A stretch of 64,000 nucleotides of DNA. It comes from Candidatus Hydrothermarchaeum profundi (GTDB taxonomy: Archaea > Hydrothermarchaeota > Hydrothermarchaeia > Hydrothermarchaeales > Hydrothermarchaeaceae). The notes beneath the pieces are model-generated. The model saw only the letters and a list, made by a program, of their open reading frames with translations, had not been told where the DNA came from and searched no databases. The DNA lies in assembly GCA_002011125.2 (NCBI GenBank), contig MTMF02000009.1:1512989-1576988 (forward strand), given 5' to 3'. The position numbers and the translations under genes are program-made. Positions 47,542 to 56,625 of this stretch are shown in pieces (position 1 is the first letter of the stretch; every line of letters starts with the position of its first letter).

Positions 47542-48258
47542 CTACACCCAGCTCAATATCAAAGCAACTTGCGTAAATACCATAGCGATGAATATAATAA
47601 ATAATATAACCGAAACCCTAGTAAACCGTCTCCTAAGTCTACCAAGGATATGACGAGAATTCGTAAACGGTTCGGTAACCTCGACATGTATGAGTATTCC
47701 TATAAGCACGAGAGAAAATATAACTCCGACATTTATTATGTGTCTTGCCCCAAAAGCATCACTATAATAAGCCATCGATGTTATAGTAGTAGTGGTGGTA
47801 GTAGTGGTAGTAGAAACCATACCAGCCATAGAGGTCGAAAAGGAGGCAAACGATACAAAAGACGTCCAAACATGAGGATGGTATGGAGGCACTGAGATTA
47901 CCTTTTCAAAAGATTCCTCTGAATTCTCTGCTAGCAATGTAAAAGTAATCTGATCTCCCAATTTCACAGAGTCTGGATAGACATATCTGTAATCCCTTCC
48001 TGAGAAAGGTTCGAGAAGAACCTCGCCTTCTACAACTTTTTTTCCATTAGCAAAAAGTTTGAAGCTGTAAGGAACTGGATTTAGTTCATAGTTCTTAAGT
48101 TTAAAAGCGACTGTAATAGGCATTCCATCAGTTGGTACTTGTGGAAAAGTCATTATGCTTACCGGCTCCGCGAAATCATAAAGACTTACAGAAAAAATGC
48201 TTAAGATGCCTATAACAAGCCACAGCCCAGCAATCCTAAACAGTAGCTTTCTTGTCAT
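47542..48258 (-). CDS. Hypothetical membrane protein with Ig-like domain and Thr9 run
   Basis: N-terminal TM, beta domain, poly-Thr at 47785-47811, two C-terminal TMs. Confidence 0.65.
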   Translation of the reverse strand: MTRKLLFRIAGLWLVIGILSIFSVSLYDFAEPVSIMTFPQVPTDGMPITVAFKLKNYELNPVPYSFKLFANGKKVVEGEVLLEPFSGRDYRYVYPDSVKLGDQITFTLLAENSEESFEKVISVPPYHPHVWTSFVSFASFSTSMAGMVSTTTTTTTTTITSMAYYSDAFGARHIINVGVIFSLVLIGILIHVEVTEPFTNSRHILGRLRRRFTRVSVILFIIFIAMVFTQVALILSWV

Positions 48259-48413
48259 TCAGCCTCCTCCAAAAGCCCTTTATTTCTTAGCTCTTCAAAG
48301 ACTTCTAAAATTAGGCTTGCTGGAATTCCCATTTCCTCAGCTAAATCTGATGGGCTTACTTCTGCTTTCTCTGATAGTATCATTAACACTAAATCTTCTA
48401 AGCTTTTTGCCAT
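48255..48413 (-). CDS. 52-aa winged-HTH protein; not in ORF track
   Basis: Manual translation MAKSLEDLVLMILSEKAEVSPSDLAEEMGIPASLILEVFEELRNKGLLEEAE; ATGA overlap with the next gene, whose SD GGAGG lies inside it. Confidence 0.75.
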   Translation of the reverse strand: MAKSLEDLVLMILSEKAEVSPSDLAEEMGIPASLILEVFEELRNKGLLEEAE

Positions 48414-48551
48414 TAGTCTTCGTATATCTTTTTAGAAATTAACGTATATAAGCTTTATTTTGCAAAATATTACACATATATCCTATTTTTTAAAAAATGA
48501 TTTAGAATCGAATCGATTTATTCAAAAGAATTTCACAGACCCCTAGAATTA

Positions 48552-48569
48552 TGTGAAAAAAAATTCACA
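48552..48569. promoter_or_regulatory. Palindrome TGTGAA-N6-TTCACA, possible operator
   Basis: Perfect 6-bp inverted repeat in the intergenic region upstream of the small wHTH operon. Confidence 0.3.
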
Positions 48570-48606
48570 AAAACTAGAAACTAAATAGCTGTCTCCTTTT
48601 CAATTG

Positions 48607-49260
48607 CTACGCTATCTTCTCAAGAGTCTTTAAAGCCTCAGCTACCTTTCTTCCTTTCTCGCTAAGAGTATATTTTTTCTTAGAATCCTGCTGGACGATG
48701 CCTGCCTCCTTAAGTTTTCTCAAATGAAAGCTCAGCTTTGTATGATCTCCTACGCCCAATTCCTCAAATATACCCATAAAACTCGATTTACCTTGAAGGA
48801 GAAGATACTCTATAGCAGCTCTTCTAATAGGATTAGATAATGATGAGGCAATTTCCTGTATACTAGACTCCTTAGAAGTTGAAAGCCTCTCGCTGAACTT
48901 GGCCTCCTCCAATGCTCTTCGTACTGCAACTTGTACTTCGTTAAGCTTAAAAGGCTTTGAGATATAATCGCTAGCCCCTATCTTCATGGCTTCAACTGCG
49001 CTCTCGATCGTAGCGAAGGCGGTGATTACTATAACTCTTGTCTTTGGTTTAATTTTCATTACCTCCCTAAGAACATCCATACCGCTTATACCCGGCATCA
49101 TCAAATCTGTCAATACCACATCAAAATCTCTCTCCCGAATAAACTCCAATGCCTCTTCACCAGAACTAGCCGTTGTAATATTATATCCCTCACTTCTAAG
49201 CATCTCAGCAATATCATCCCGCATCTGAGGATCATCATCAACCACGAGTATCTCCGCCAT
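48607..49260 (-). CDS. Response regulator with C-terminal ArsR-like winged HTH
   Basis: Receiver VVDDD/TDLMMPG/TA/DYISKP; output LSNPIRR...LSFHLRKLKEAGIV...YTLSEKG. Confidence 0.9.
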   Translation of the reverse strand: MAEILVVDDDPQMRDDIAEMLRSEGYNITTASSGEEALEFIRERDFDVVLTDLMMPGISGMDVLREVMKIKPKTRVIVITAFATIESAVEAMKIGASDYISKPFKLNEVQVAVRRALEEAKFSERLSTSKESSIQEIASSLSNPIRRAAIEYLLLQGKSSFMGIFEELGVGDHTKLSFHLRKLKEAGIVQQDSKKKYTLSEKGRKVAEALKTLEKIA

Positions 49261-49263
49261 TTT

Positions 49264-51033
49264 TTATCCCTCTGCTGGCAGTTTAATAATAAATATTGTG
49301 CCTTTATTAACTTCACTCTCAACTTCAATCTTTCCTTTATGTGCATCCACTATCTTATAGCTTATCGATAAACCTAAGCCCGTCCCTCTTCCTACCTTGC
49401 GTGTAGTGAAGAACGGATCAAAAATCCTGCTAAGGTCCTCTTTTCTTATCCCCACACCTGTATCAGCTATTCGTATCTCTACTATGTTTCTATAAAATCT
49501 TGTTACTAAAGTTAATGTCCCTCCATTTGGCATAGCTTGACAAGCATTAGTTATAATATTTACAAAGACCTGTTGAAGCTGAATGGGATCCGCAAGTATT
49601 TCTGGAAGTTGCTTATCGTAGTCTTTTACTACTTTAACTTTTTTTAGCTCGTGTTTTGTAAGCTCTAAACTTCGATCAAGCAACAAGTTTACGTCAATAT
49701 ACTCCGGGTGGAACTCTGGTGCTCTTGAAAAGTCAAGTAAATTTCTGACAATCCTTGAAGCCCTCTGAACATTCTCCTCTATAACCTCCAATCTCTTAGC
49801 ATATTTCCCATTAACTTCTCTCATAAGCATCTGAGCGTTATTAGAAATATTCGTGAGAGGATTGTTTATTTCATGCGCTACACCTGCTGCAAGTTGCCCG
49901 AGAGAAGCTAGTTTCTCAGACTGAACTAACTGCCTTTGGCTCTCCTCTAAACTTTTAACCATCGAATTAAAAGCCGCCGCTAACTCTCCAATCTCGTCCT
50001 TAGACTTTACATTAAACCTGTATCTAAGGTTCCCTTTCCCAACCTCCTTAACGCCCTCAACAAGCTCCATTATCGGCTTTGTAATAGTAGATGTCAATAC
50101 AGGTATTAAAGCGAGCAGAGCAATGGTCAAAAACACGCCCATTTTAATCAGATTTTCCTTAAGCGAATTCGCAGGGGCAAAGGCTTCATCAGTAGCCATC
50201 TCAGCTAAGATGCACAGCTCTCTCTCAGGAAGCCACCTAAATGAGCCTAGTACCGATATTCCCTGGTGATTCTCATATATGCTCTGGCCACTATTGCCTT
50301 TAAGGCAGTTGTCTATCCCATAGCTATGAATTTCGCTAGTCAGCGGCCTACCAGATTTAAATTTAGGCTCAGATATTAGGTAATGATACTTGTTAACTAA
50401 ATATATCACCCCGGTTTCTCCGATTAAGGTCTTCTTGCGAGTTAGCTCATCAAGCATTTGAAGATCTAAGTCCGCAGCTATAACTCCTAAGGTTACTCCA
50501 TTACTATCAGCAAGGGGGGAAGCTATAACCATCGTGGGACTGCTTCCTTCTCTAGGAATAAAAATATTCTGAACATATGCCTCCTTTAGCCCCCAAATAA
50601 AATAAGGGTAGTTGGATATGTTTCTACCCTCCTCATTTTCAGAGGTAGATAATAATACTACGCCATCACGTCCTATCAGTGATATCCCATCAATGCCTGG
50701 CTGGGACTCAACGGTCCCACTAAAAAGATCCTTAACTTCTTCATAGGCTCTCATATATACGGGATCTGCTTTAATACGTGAAGTGGCTAAAATTGGAGCG
50801 TTCTTCTCCAATATCGGCGAGAAAGTAAGGAGTCTTAATGCATCTATATTCTTTCCAAGCCAGAGGTCCAATTCGCCCTCTTGCATCTGAGTAGCGGTAT
50901 CTAGGTAACTAAAGGTTTGTCTTTCTATTGCTTCCTTTCCATTTTCATATAATGCGTATCCTACAATGCTTAAAGGGAGTATAGATAAGCTTAAAAAATA
51001 TAACACAAGCTTAGATGTAAGCGAGATTTTCAT
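49264..51033 (-). CDS. Membrane histidine kinase (Cache-HAMP, NtrB-type core)
   Basis: [42 protein letters not shown]. Confidence 0.93.
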   Translation of the reverse strand: MKISLTSKLVLYFLSLSILPLSIVGYALYENGKEAIERQTFSYLDTATQMQEGELDLWLGKNIDALRLLTFSPILEKNAPILATSRIKADPVYMRAYEEVKDLFSGTVESQPGIDGISLIGRDGVVLLSTSENEEGRNISNYPYFIWGLKEAYVQNIFIPREGSSPTMVIASPLADSNGVTLGVIAADLDLQMLDELTRKKTLIGETGVIYLVNKYHYLISEPKFKSGRPLTSEIHSYGIDNCLKGNSGQSIYENHQGISVLGSFRWLPERELCILAEMATDEAFAPANSLKENLIKMGVFLTIALLALIPVLTSTITKPIMELVEGVKEVGKGNLRYRFNVKSKDEIGELAAAFNSMVKSLEESQRQLVQSEKLASLGQLAAGVAHEINNPLTNISNNAQMLMREVNGKYAKRLEVIEENVQRASRIVRNLLDFSRAPEFHPEYIDVNLLLDRSLELTKHELKKVKVVKDYDKQLPEILADPIQLQQVFVNIITNACQAMPNGGTLTLVTRFYRNIVEIRIADTGVGIRKEDLSRIFDPFFTTRKVGRGTGLGLSISYKIVDAHKGKIEVESEVNKGTIFIIKLPAEG

Positions 51034-51045
51034 AGAACCCCCTCC

Positions 51046-52119
51046 TCAGGTACTGTCGCCTCCGGACTTCTCAAATCTTGCTATATCTTCTATACATTTT
51101 TTAAGGTCTGCAGAAAATTTTTCCTTTAAATTCTTATATGTCTCCTCGCTAATTTGCCCATCTATAAAGCGCTTTTCCAGCTTTTCCAGCGCCGTCTCAA
51201 TAACCTTCCTATTCGCACGGAGAACTACTAGCGGAGTAGGAGACGGCTGAAATTCCGGCTCCTCTTCCATGATAGGCTGCTCAACTTCTTTCCGCTTCTC
51301 CTCTATCTCTTTCTTTATTTCTTCCTTTTTCTCCTCAATAAGTTCTTCCAACTTCGTTTTTCTTTTCCTAACTCTAAAGAAGTCTCTTATTCTCCCTAAA
51401 ATTCCCGGTTTATATTCATACTCCAATATCCCAGCAATTCTAGCTCCAAGCCTCTTAAACTCTATCGCAGAGCCAGAATAAGGTTTATAAAATATAACAG
51501 GCACCCCCTCAGCAATAGCTTCTCTGACCTTGGGATCTTCAGGCACTGCCGCTAATATAGGTATATCGAATATGTCCCGGACCTCTTCATAGGGAAGCTC
51601 TCCTTTTTCATTTCTAATTCTGTTTAATACTACTCCCATTACTGGAACGTTTTTAAGCCGGCATAATTCAACAGCTCTTAATGCCTCAGTTACTGCCGGA
51701 ATCTCCGGATTAGTGACCACAAGCACTTCATCAGAAATCTCTAGAGTAGGATATATTTCTTTACCAAGACCAGGTGATGAGTCCACTAAAACAAACTCCT
51801 CATAAAGACGAAACAATGAAGATTTGATATTAGCGAGAGACACATCAGGGATATTCAGGGATATAGGCGCTGGAATTATCCTTAACCCATTAGGACATTC
51901 GCATATAGTTTTTTCTATAGGAACCTCACCGTTTAGAACATCTATTAAGTCATAGGGAGAACTATATACGCCGCATTGTAATCCCAGATTTGGGCCACTT
52001 ATATTGCCATCTATCGCGATAACCCTCTTCTTAAATAATGTCAAAGCCGCGCACAGATTAGCCACTGTAGTAGTTTTACCGACTCCGCCTTTCCCAGAAA
52101 TTACCGATATCACTTTCAT
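51046..52119 (-). CDS. minD: MinD-family ATPase with C-terminal coiled-coil/SHOCT-like extension
   Basis: SGKGGVGKTT, VDSSPGLG, VVTNPE, VPEDPKVREA; about 120 extra C-terminal residues. Confidence 0.85.
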   Translation of the reverse strand: MKVISVISGKGGVGKTTTVANLCAALTLFKKRVIAIDGNISGPNLGLQCGVYSSPYDLIDVLNGEVPIEKTICECPNGLRIIPAPISLNIPDVSLANIKSSLFRLYEEFVLVDSSPGLGKEIYPTLEISDEVLVVTNPEIPAVTEALRAVELCRLKNVPVMGVVLNRIRNEKGELPYEEVRDIFDIPILAAVPEDPKVREAIAEGVPVIFYKPYSGSAIEFKRLGARIAGILEYEYKPGILGRIRDFFRVRKRKTKLEELIEEKKEEIKKEIEEKRKEVEQPIMEEEPEFQPSPTPLVVLRANRKVIETALEKLEKRFIDGQISEETYKNLKEKFSADLKKCIEDIARFEKSGGDST

Positions 52120-52140
52120 AAATTTCTCCTCTCACCAAGT

Positions 52141-53766
52141 TTAAGGTTTAAGATTAGCATCGTATAAAGATTCATCCTCCTCTCGCTGGGAGCTTTTTTC
52201 CTCCTTATAACGGACTTCTTCCTTTAATCTCTTTAAAGTCTCGACTCTACTCTTTTTTCTCTTTGATGAAAACCTAAATACAGTGAATACTAAAATAACA
52301 AATAATAAGCCTAGCACAGTTAACAAGTCATAATTCCACATTCCTGGGCCCTGAGGGGGCAGTTCAACTTCAACTGGCCTTTTAACAGATATTTGCAGAG
52401 CAGAAACAGTAGCGAGATACATGTTGCCTTCCTCATCGTAATAACTTACATTAATTTCCGGAAGATAAAATGTCCCATTGGCCACTGCTTTAACATCATA
52501 AAAAAAAGTTTGAGAAACTTCTGGAGCAAGAGTTCCAGTCCAATAGGTCTCCCCTCCTATAATTTCAAGACCCTCTCCAAGGGACTCTCTAAACACGATA
52601 TTATAGGCATCCCCATTGCCTATATTCCGTAGTTCAACCGTGACTCTTGCGGTATCCCCTACCAACAAATTTGAGTTATTTATCGTCCTCACAACAATTA
52701 GTTCAGGAATTTTCAGCTGCACGGGTACAGGAAAAGCTTTCCTTATAAAGTAGACATTTGTATCATAAGAACCGGCTATAGTATAATTGCCATCAAAAGA
52801 CGTGGAGACAGCAGACATATAATACTCTCCACGATACCTACCCAAAAGATCTCCTGAAGAATTAAAAAAGTACACGTTATAATCTTTGGAGGCGGCTGCA
52901 ATTAAACTTCCATCTTTTGAAATAGATACGTCCCACACTTCGTCTCCAGACTTAAACTTCCATAGTAGCCTGCCACTCTTATCAAAGAAGTAGACATTAT
53001 TATCATAAGAACCAGCAACAACATAACCACCATCAGCAGAAACCGAAGTGCTTAACACGATATCATCGGTACCATATCTCCATAGTAGCCTGCCACTCTT
53101 ATCAAAGAAGTAGACATTATTATCATAAGAACCAGCAACAACATAACCACCATCAGCAGAAACCGAAGTGCTTAACACGATATCATCGGTACCATATCTC
53201 CATAGTAGCCTGCCACTCTTATCAAAGAAGTAGACATTATTATCATAAGAACCAGCAACAACATAACCACCATCAGCAGAAACCGAAGTGCTTAACACGA
53301 TATCATCGGTACCATATCTCCATAGTAGCCTGCCACTCTTATCAAAGAAGTAGACATTATTATCATAAGAACCAGCAACAACATAACCACCATCAGCAGA
53401 AACTGCCACTGACCATACTGAATCCTGAGTTTTATATTTCCACAGCAACTCGCCATCCATATTAAAGAAATAAACATAATTATCTTTAGAGCCTGCTGCA
53501 ATGTACTTTCCATTATCTGAAATGGCTACAGACCACACAGTATCATCTGCTCTATAACTCCATAATAATTGGCCCTCAGAGCTGAAAAAATATATATTAT
53601 CTCTAGCTCGAGTTGTGTTTGCAAAGGTTCCTGCGACAGCGTAATGACCATCTGAAGAAACCGCCACTGACCATACTCCTAACCCCGTATTGTAGTTCCA
53701 TAAAAGCTCCTGAGAGAATACTGCTACAGGCAAAAATAGAAATACTATAAAGAGGATTTTACGCAT
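52141..53766 (-). CDS. Surface WD40/PQQ-like beta-propeller protein (8 blades, BatD/DUF11-like domain, TM)
   Basis: 40-aa repeats LLW...VSADGGYVVAGSYDNNVYFF; start MRKILF after SD GGAGGAGG. Confidence 0.85.
   Translation of the reverse strand: MRKILFIVFLFLPVAVFSQELLWNYNTGLGVWSVAVSSDGHYAVAGTFANTTRARDNIYFFSSEGQLLWSYRADDTVWSVAISDNGKYIAAGSKDNYVYFFNMDGELLWKYKTQDSVWSVAVSADGGYVVAGSYDNNVYFFDKSGRLLWRYGTDDIVLSTSVSADGGYVVAGSYDNNVYFFDKSGRLLWRYGTDDIVLSTSVSADGGYVVAGSYDNNVYFFDKSGRLLWRYGTDDIVLSTSVSADGGYVVAGSYDNNVYFFDKSGRLLWKFKSGDEVWDVSISKDGSLIAAASKDYNVYFFNSSGDLLGRYRGEYYMSAVSTSFDGNYTIAGSYDTNVYFIRKAFPVPVQLKIPELIVVRTINNSNLLVGDTARVTVELRNIGNGDAYNIVFRESLGEGLEIIGGETYWTGTLAPEVSQTFFYDVKAVANGTFYLPEINVSYYDEEGNMYLATVSALQISVKRPVEVELPPQGPGMWNYDLLTVLGLLFVILVFTVFRFSSKRKKSRVETLKRLKEEVRYKEEKSSQREEDESLYDANLKP
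52959..53403. repeat. Perfect in-frame 120-bp tandem repeat (about 3.7 copies)
   Basis: Sequence lines repeat identically at a 120-bp period; each unit encodes one propeller blade. Confidence 0.97.
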
Positions 53767-53965
53767 CCCTCCTCCTCCTATATACGCCCCTATCAACTTT
53801 CTCAACTAGCTCTCTAGCAACAAGAATCTGGAGGGCATACCATACTGCCTGCTTGCTTATCTTCTGATTTTTCTTGTTAACTTCTCTAGCTATCATCTTT
53901 AAGGTCATTACGTCCCCTTCTTTAAGGACTTCAAGAACTCTGTTTTCAATAGAACCTAGGGACAT
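53759..53965 (-). CDS. Small winged-HTH protein
   Basis: IENRVLEVLKEGDVMTLKMIAREV...SKQAVWYALQILVARELVEKVDRGVY. Confidence 0.75.
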   Translation of the reverse strand: MSLGSIENRVLEVLKEGDVMTLKMIAREVNKKNQKISKQAVWYALQILVARELVEKVDRGVYRRRRDA

Positions 53966-54049
53966 AGTAAAACCCAACTTTATTTTATAAAATACAATAT
54001 AAAAAAGAGGCGGTTCATATATAATTGTTGTGAAACAAATCAGAAAACT

Positions 54050-56098
54050 TCAAAAAGCTTTAGATCCGAGCGAATAAAGTTTCAAAATGAGCTTAGAACG
54101 GGTGAGAAATTCTGGTAAAGAATATAAGCTTTGAACCTCTGCCTCTATCGCTTTCTCCAATCCCGCGGTAATTACGGTGACTTCCTTTCCATCTTTGGTT
54201 TTCTTGTGCTCAACTATATACCTTCTCACGGCATGGGGTATTTCATTTTTCTTTACATACAGGATAGGCGCCTTATATCTTTCTGCAATAATCGCGGCAT
54301 CAATGCTTGGATTCTCACCATCTGTGACTACAATAACTTCCGGATCCAGTTTCTTAGCCAATTCTACGGCAGTCTCATATCGCGTGGGGCCCCAAATTCT
54401 CTCTGTAGGGGCAATATTCTTCAATCTAGCTTCAACCTCTTCAGAAATCGCGACCTTGCCGCCGACAATAATTATTTTTTTAGGGTTTAAAGCCAATACT
54501 GCGTTGAATGTTAAATCTGGAAGCTCATTATGTTCAACCAGTAAAATAGGAGCATTAATTGACTTCGCGTATGCAATAGCAGCAAGTGAGTCGACAGGGG
54601 GCTCCCTAACAGATATAACTACTACGTCGGCCTTCTGATACTTCTTCAAAACCTTTCCGGTTACAAATTCATAGATATCCTCCACCGCCTTAGGACTTTC
54701 TAACCGTTTCCCCTTAAAAACCCTGAAAGGCTCTAATAGTATTTTTATAGGCTTAACAAGAATGCCCTGAACAAGAGGGTTCATCGGAGTGGGGTATTCG
54801 CCTGTCAAAACCAAAGCTGCTGCAACTGATAAAGGAACTGTCCAAAAACTTTTATCGTTTAACTTATAGTTTTGTATTATCTCTAAAAGCACCTGAGGAG
54901 TTAAGGAAATAACTCCTCCCTTGAATATAGGGGGCGGAGTAGTCGGGGCTGGAACTCCCCCACCCCCCGCCGCAGGGGGTACACTAACTTTTTCAGGTAT
55001 AAGGGAACCGCCTATTCCAAATAAGCCAAATGAGGATATATTAGCTTCTAAAAATCTTCCTGAAGTGTTCAAACGGGACCAAAACACGTAAGGTCCACCA
55101 ATATTAGAATAATTACTTCCAGTTTCAAGTACTTTCCAATTATCCGTGGAACAACTGAAACAATACCAATAAATCTTAAGAGTATTCTCATCTATATCGC
55201 CCGGGTCATCAGCATCTCCGTCCCCATTCGTATCCAATTCAGAGATAGCGTAGTAGATCCTTATGATAACCCATCTTATTTTCTTATCAAACTCTTTAGT
55301 GGCATTTACCTCCACACCTCTCTCTATACCATTTGGAGGGGGATTAACGGTCTTTTTCGATACATTCACATATCTTGTTACAGTTATCGTCACATTCGAT
55401 AAACTCGCACTAGGAGTTAAGTTTAAAGTAGCATTTGACAGCATATTTGCATCCAGGTAAACTGAGATGTCCATAGTAACGTCCATAGTGACATTAAAAG
55501 GCTCAGCTCGGGGATCAGTGCCTATTAGATACTCTTGCAGATTGTTTACCTCGTCGCTGTCTGCATCTTCCATAGCATCACTAGAATTCCATACAATAAA
55601 TCCGAATTCTACTTCAAATCCATCAGGCATCCCATCGCTATCAGTATCAGGCTTTGTAGGATCACCGCCGTTGAGATATTCATAGTAGTTTGACAACCCA
55701 TCTCCATCTGGATCTAAATCTGCATCATCGCTGAACTTATCCAACCCGTGAACCTCCTCCCATGGATCAGGTATCTTATCAAGGTCACTATCAAAATTTG
55801 ACAGACATGGATTCAAGCCCAGTCTATATTCCTCCGAGTTATTGATTAAATCGCCATCAAAGTCAAGGGCTGCGTCCCCAGGATCTGACTTATTCATCAT
55901 ACATGCCGTCCCTCTCCACCAGTTTCTGTCCTCCCACCAGTCGGGTATCCCGTCTCCGTCTGTATCTCCCGCCGGAGGAGCCTCGGGAGGAGGTACTTCG
56001 AAATTTCCAACGCCAAAATAGGAGAATACTATAGAGGGACTAATCAAAAGAGCAACTACAATTAATATAGAGACTTGTTTCAATTCTCTATCACCCAA
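54050..56098 (-). CDS. Surface protein with Ca-binding DxDxDG repeats and C-terminal cell-wall-binding repeat 2 (CWB2)
   Basis: Repeats DTDGDGIPDWWE / DPDGDGLSNYYEY; CWB2-like DSLAAIAYA...PILLV, IIVGGKVAIS, RIWGPTRYETA; no C-terminal TM. Confidence 0.82.
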   Translation of the reverse strand: MGDRELKQVSILIVVALLISPSIVFSYFGVGNFEVPPPEAPPAGDTDGDGIPDWWEDRNWWRGTACMMNKSDPGDAALDFDGDLINNSEEYRLGLNPCLSNFDSDLDKIPDPWEEVHGLDKFSDDADLDPDGDGLSNYYEYLNGGDPTKPDTDSDGMPDGFEVEFGFIVWNSSDAMEDADSDEVNNLQEYLIGTDPRAEPFNVTMDVTMDISVYLDANMLSNATLNLTPSASLSNVTITVTRYVNVSKKTVNPPPNGIERGVEVNATKEFDKKIRWVIIRIYYAISELDTNGDGDADDPGDIDENTLKIYWYCFSCSTDNWKVLETGSNYSNIGGPYVFWSRLNTSGRFLEANISSFGLFGIGGSLIPEKVSVPPAAGGGGVPAPTTPPPIFKGGVISLTPQVLLEIIQNYKLNDKSFWTVPLSVAAALVLTGEYPTPMNPLVQGILVKPIKILLEPFRVFKGKRLESPKAVEDIYEFVTGKVLKKYQKADVVVISVREPPVDSLAAIAYAKSINAPILLVEHNELPDLTFNAVLALNPKKIIIVGGKVAISEEVEARLKNIAPTERIWGPTRYETAVELAKKLDPEVIVVTDGENPSIDAAIIAERYKAPILYVKKNEIPHAVRRYIVEHKKTKDGKEVTVITAGLEKAIEAEVQSLYSLPEFLTRSKLILKLYSLGSKAF

Positions 56099-56285
56099 CG
56101 TGAATAAAAAATCTGTTTATCCTTTTATATAAGGGTTTTTTTGTAAAACACTTCACATATCCAGTGATTTGTTAAAAAAAGTTGTCATATCCTTTAATTC
56201 AAAAAAAAATATTGAGATACATGAACATATTAATATAAGTTAAAAATATTTAAGTTCATAGAAACCCTAACAGGGGGCATAAAAA

Positions 56286-56624
56286 ATGGTATTATGGATC
56301 CAAGTAATAGGCATAATTTTTGCTTTAGACATGCTATTTATCACTTTCTTCTATCATAAAAGGAGAGTTTTCCGTCCGCAAGAAACAGTAATATGGATAG
56401 TAGTATGGGCCGGGCTACTATTTGCAGTAACATTCCCTTCTACTTTAAACGTTATAATACAGCCTTTGCAAGTTGTCAGAGTTATGGATTTCATGATAAT
56501 CGTAGCGTTCTTTTTATCGTTTAGCCTGTTATTCATTGTGTACATAAAAACCAAATATAATGAAAAAAAATTAGAAAAGATGATTAGGGAGCTCACATTA
56601 AAGCAGCCTGAAGAAAAAGAATAA
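56286..56624 (+). CDS. DUF2304-like membrane protein
   Basis: Three TMs, W...W...FP...R..D pattern, charged tail; this family is usually found beside glycosyltransferases. Confidence 0.75.
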   Translation: MVLWIQVIGIIFALDMLFITFFYHKRRVFRPQETVIWIVVWAGLLFAVTFPSTLNVIIQPLQVVRVMDFMIIVAFFLSFSLLFIVYIKTKYNEKKLEKMIRELTLKQPEEKE

Positions 56625-56625
56625 A

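Noticed and set aside
47785-47811. Poly-Thr tract as a phase-variable microsatellite
   Set aside because: Mixed ACT/ACC codons in frame; more likely a linker
48197-48442. 81-aa hydrophobic plus-strand ORF
   Set aside because: Antisense to the better-supported wHTH gene at 48255..48413
52959-53403. CRISPR array or diversity-generating retroelement
   Set aside because: Contiguous in-frame 120-bp units with no spacers, no adenine-specific variation, and no cas or reverse transcriptase gene
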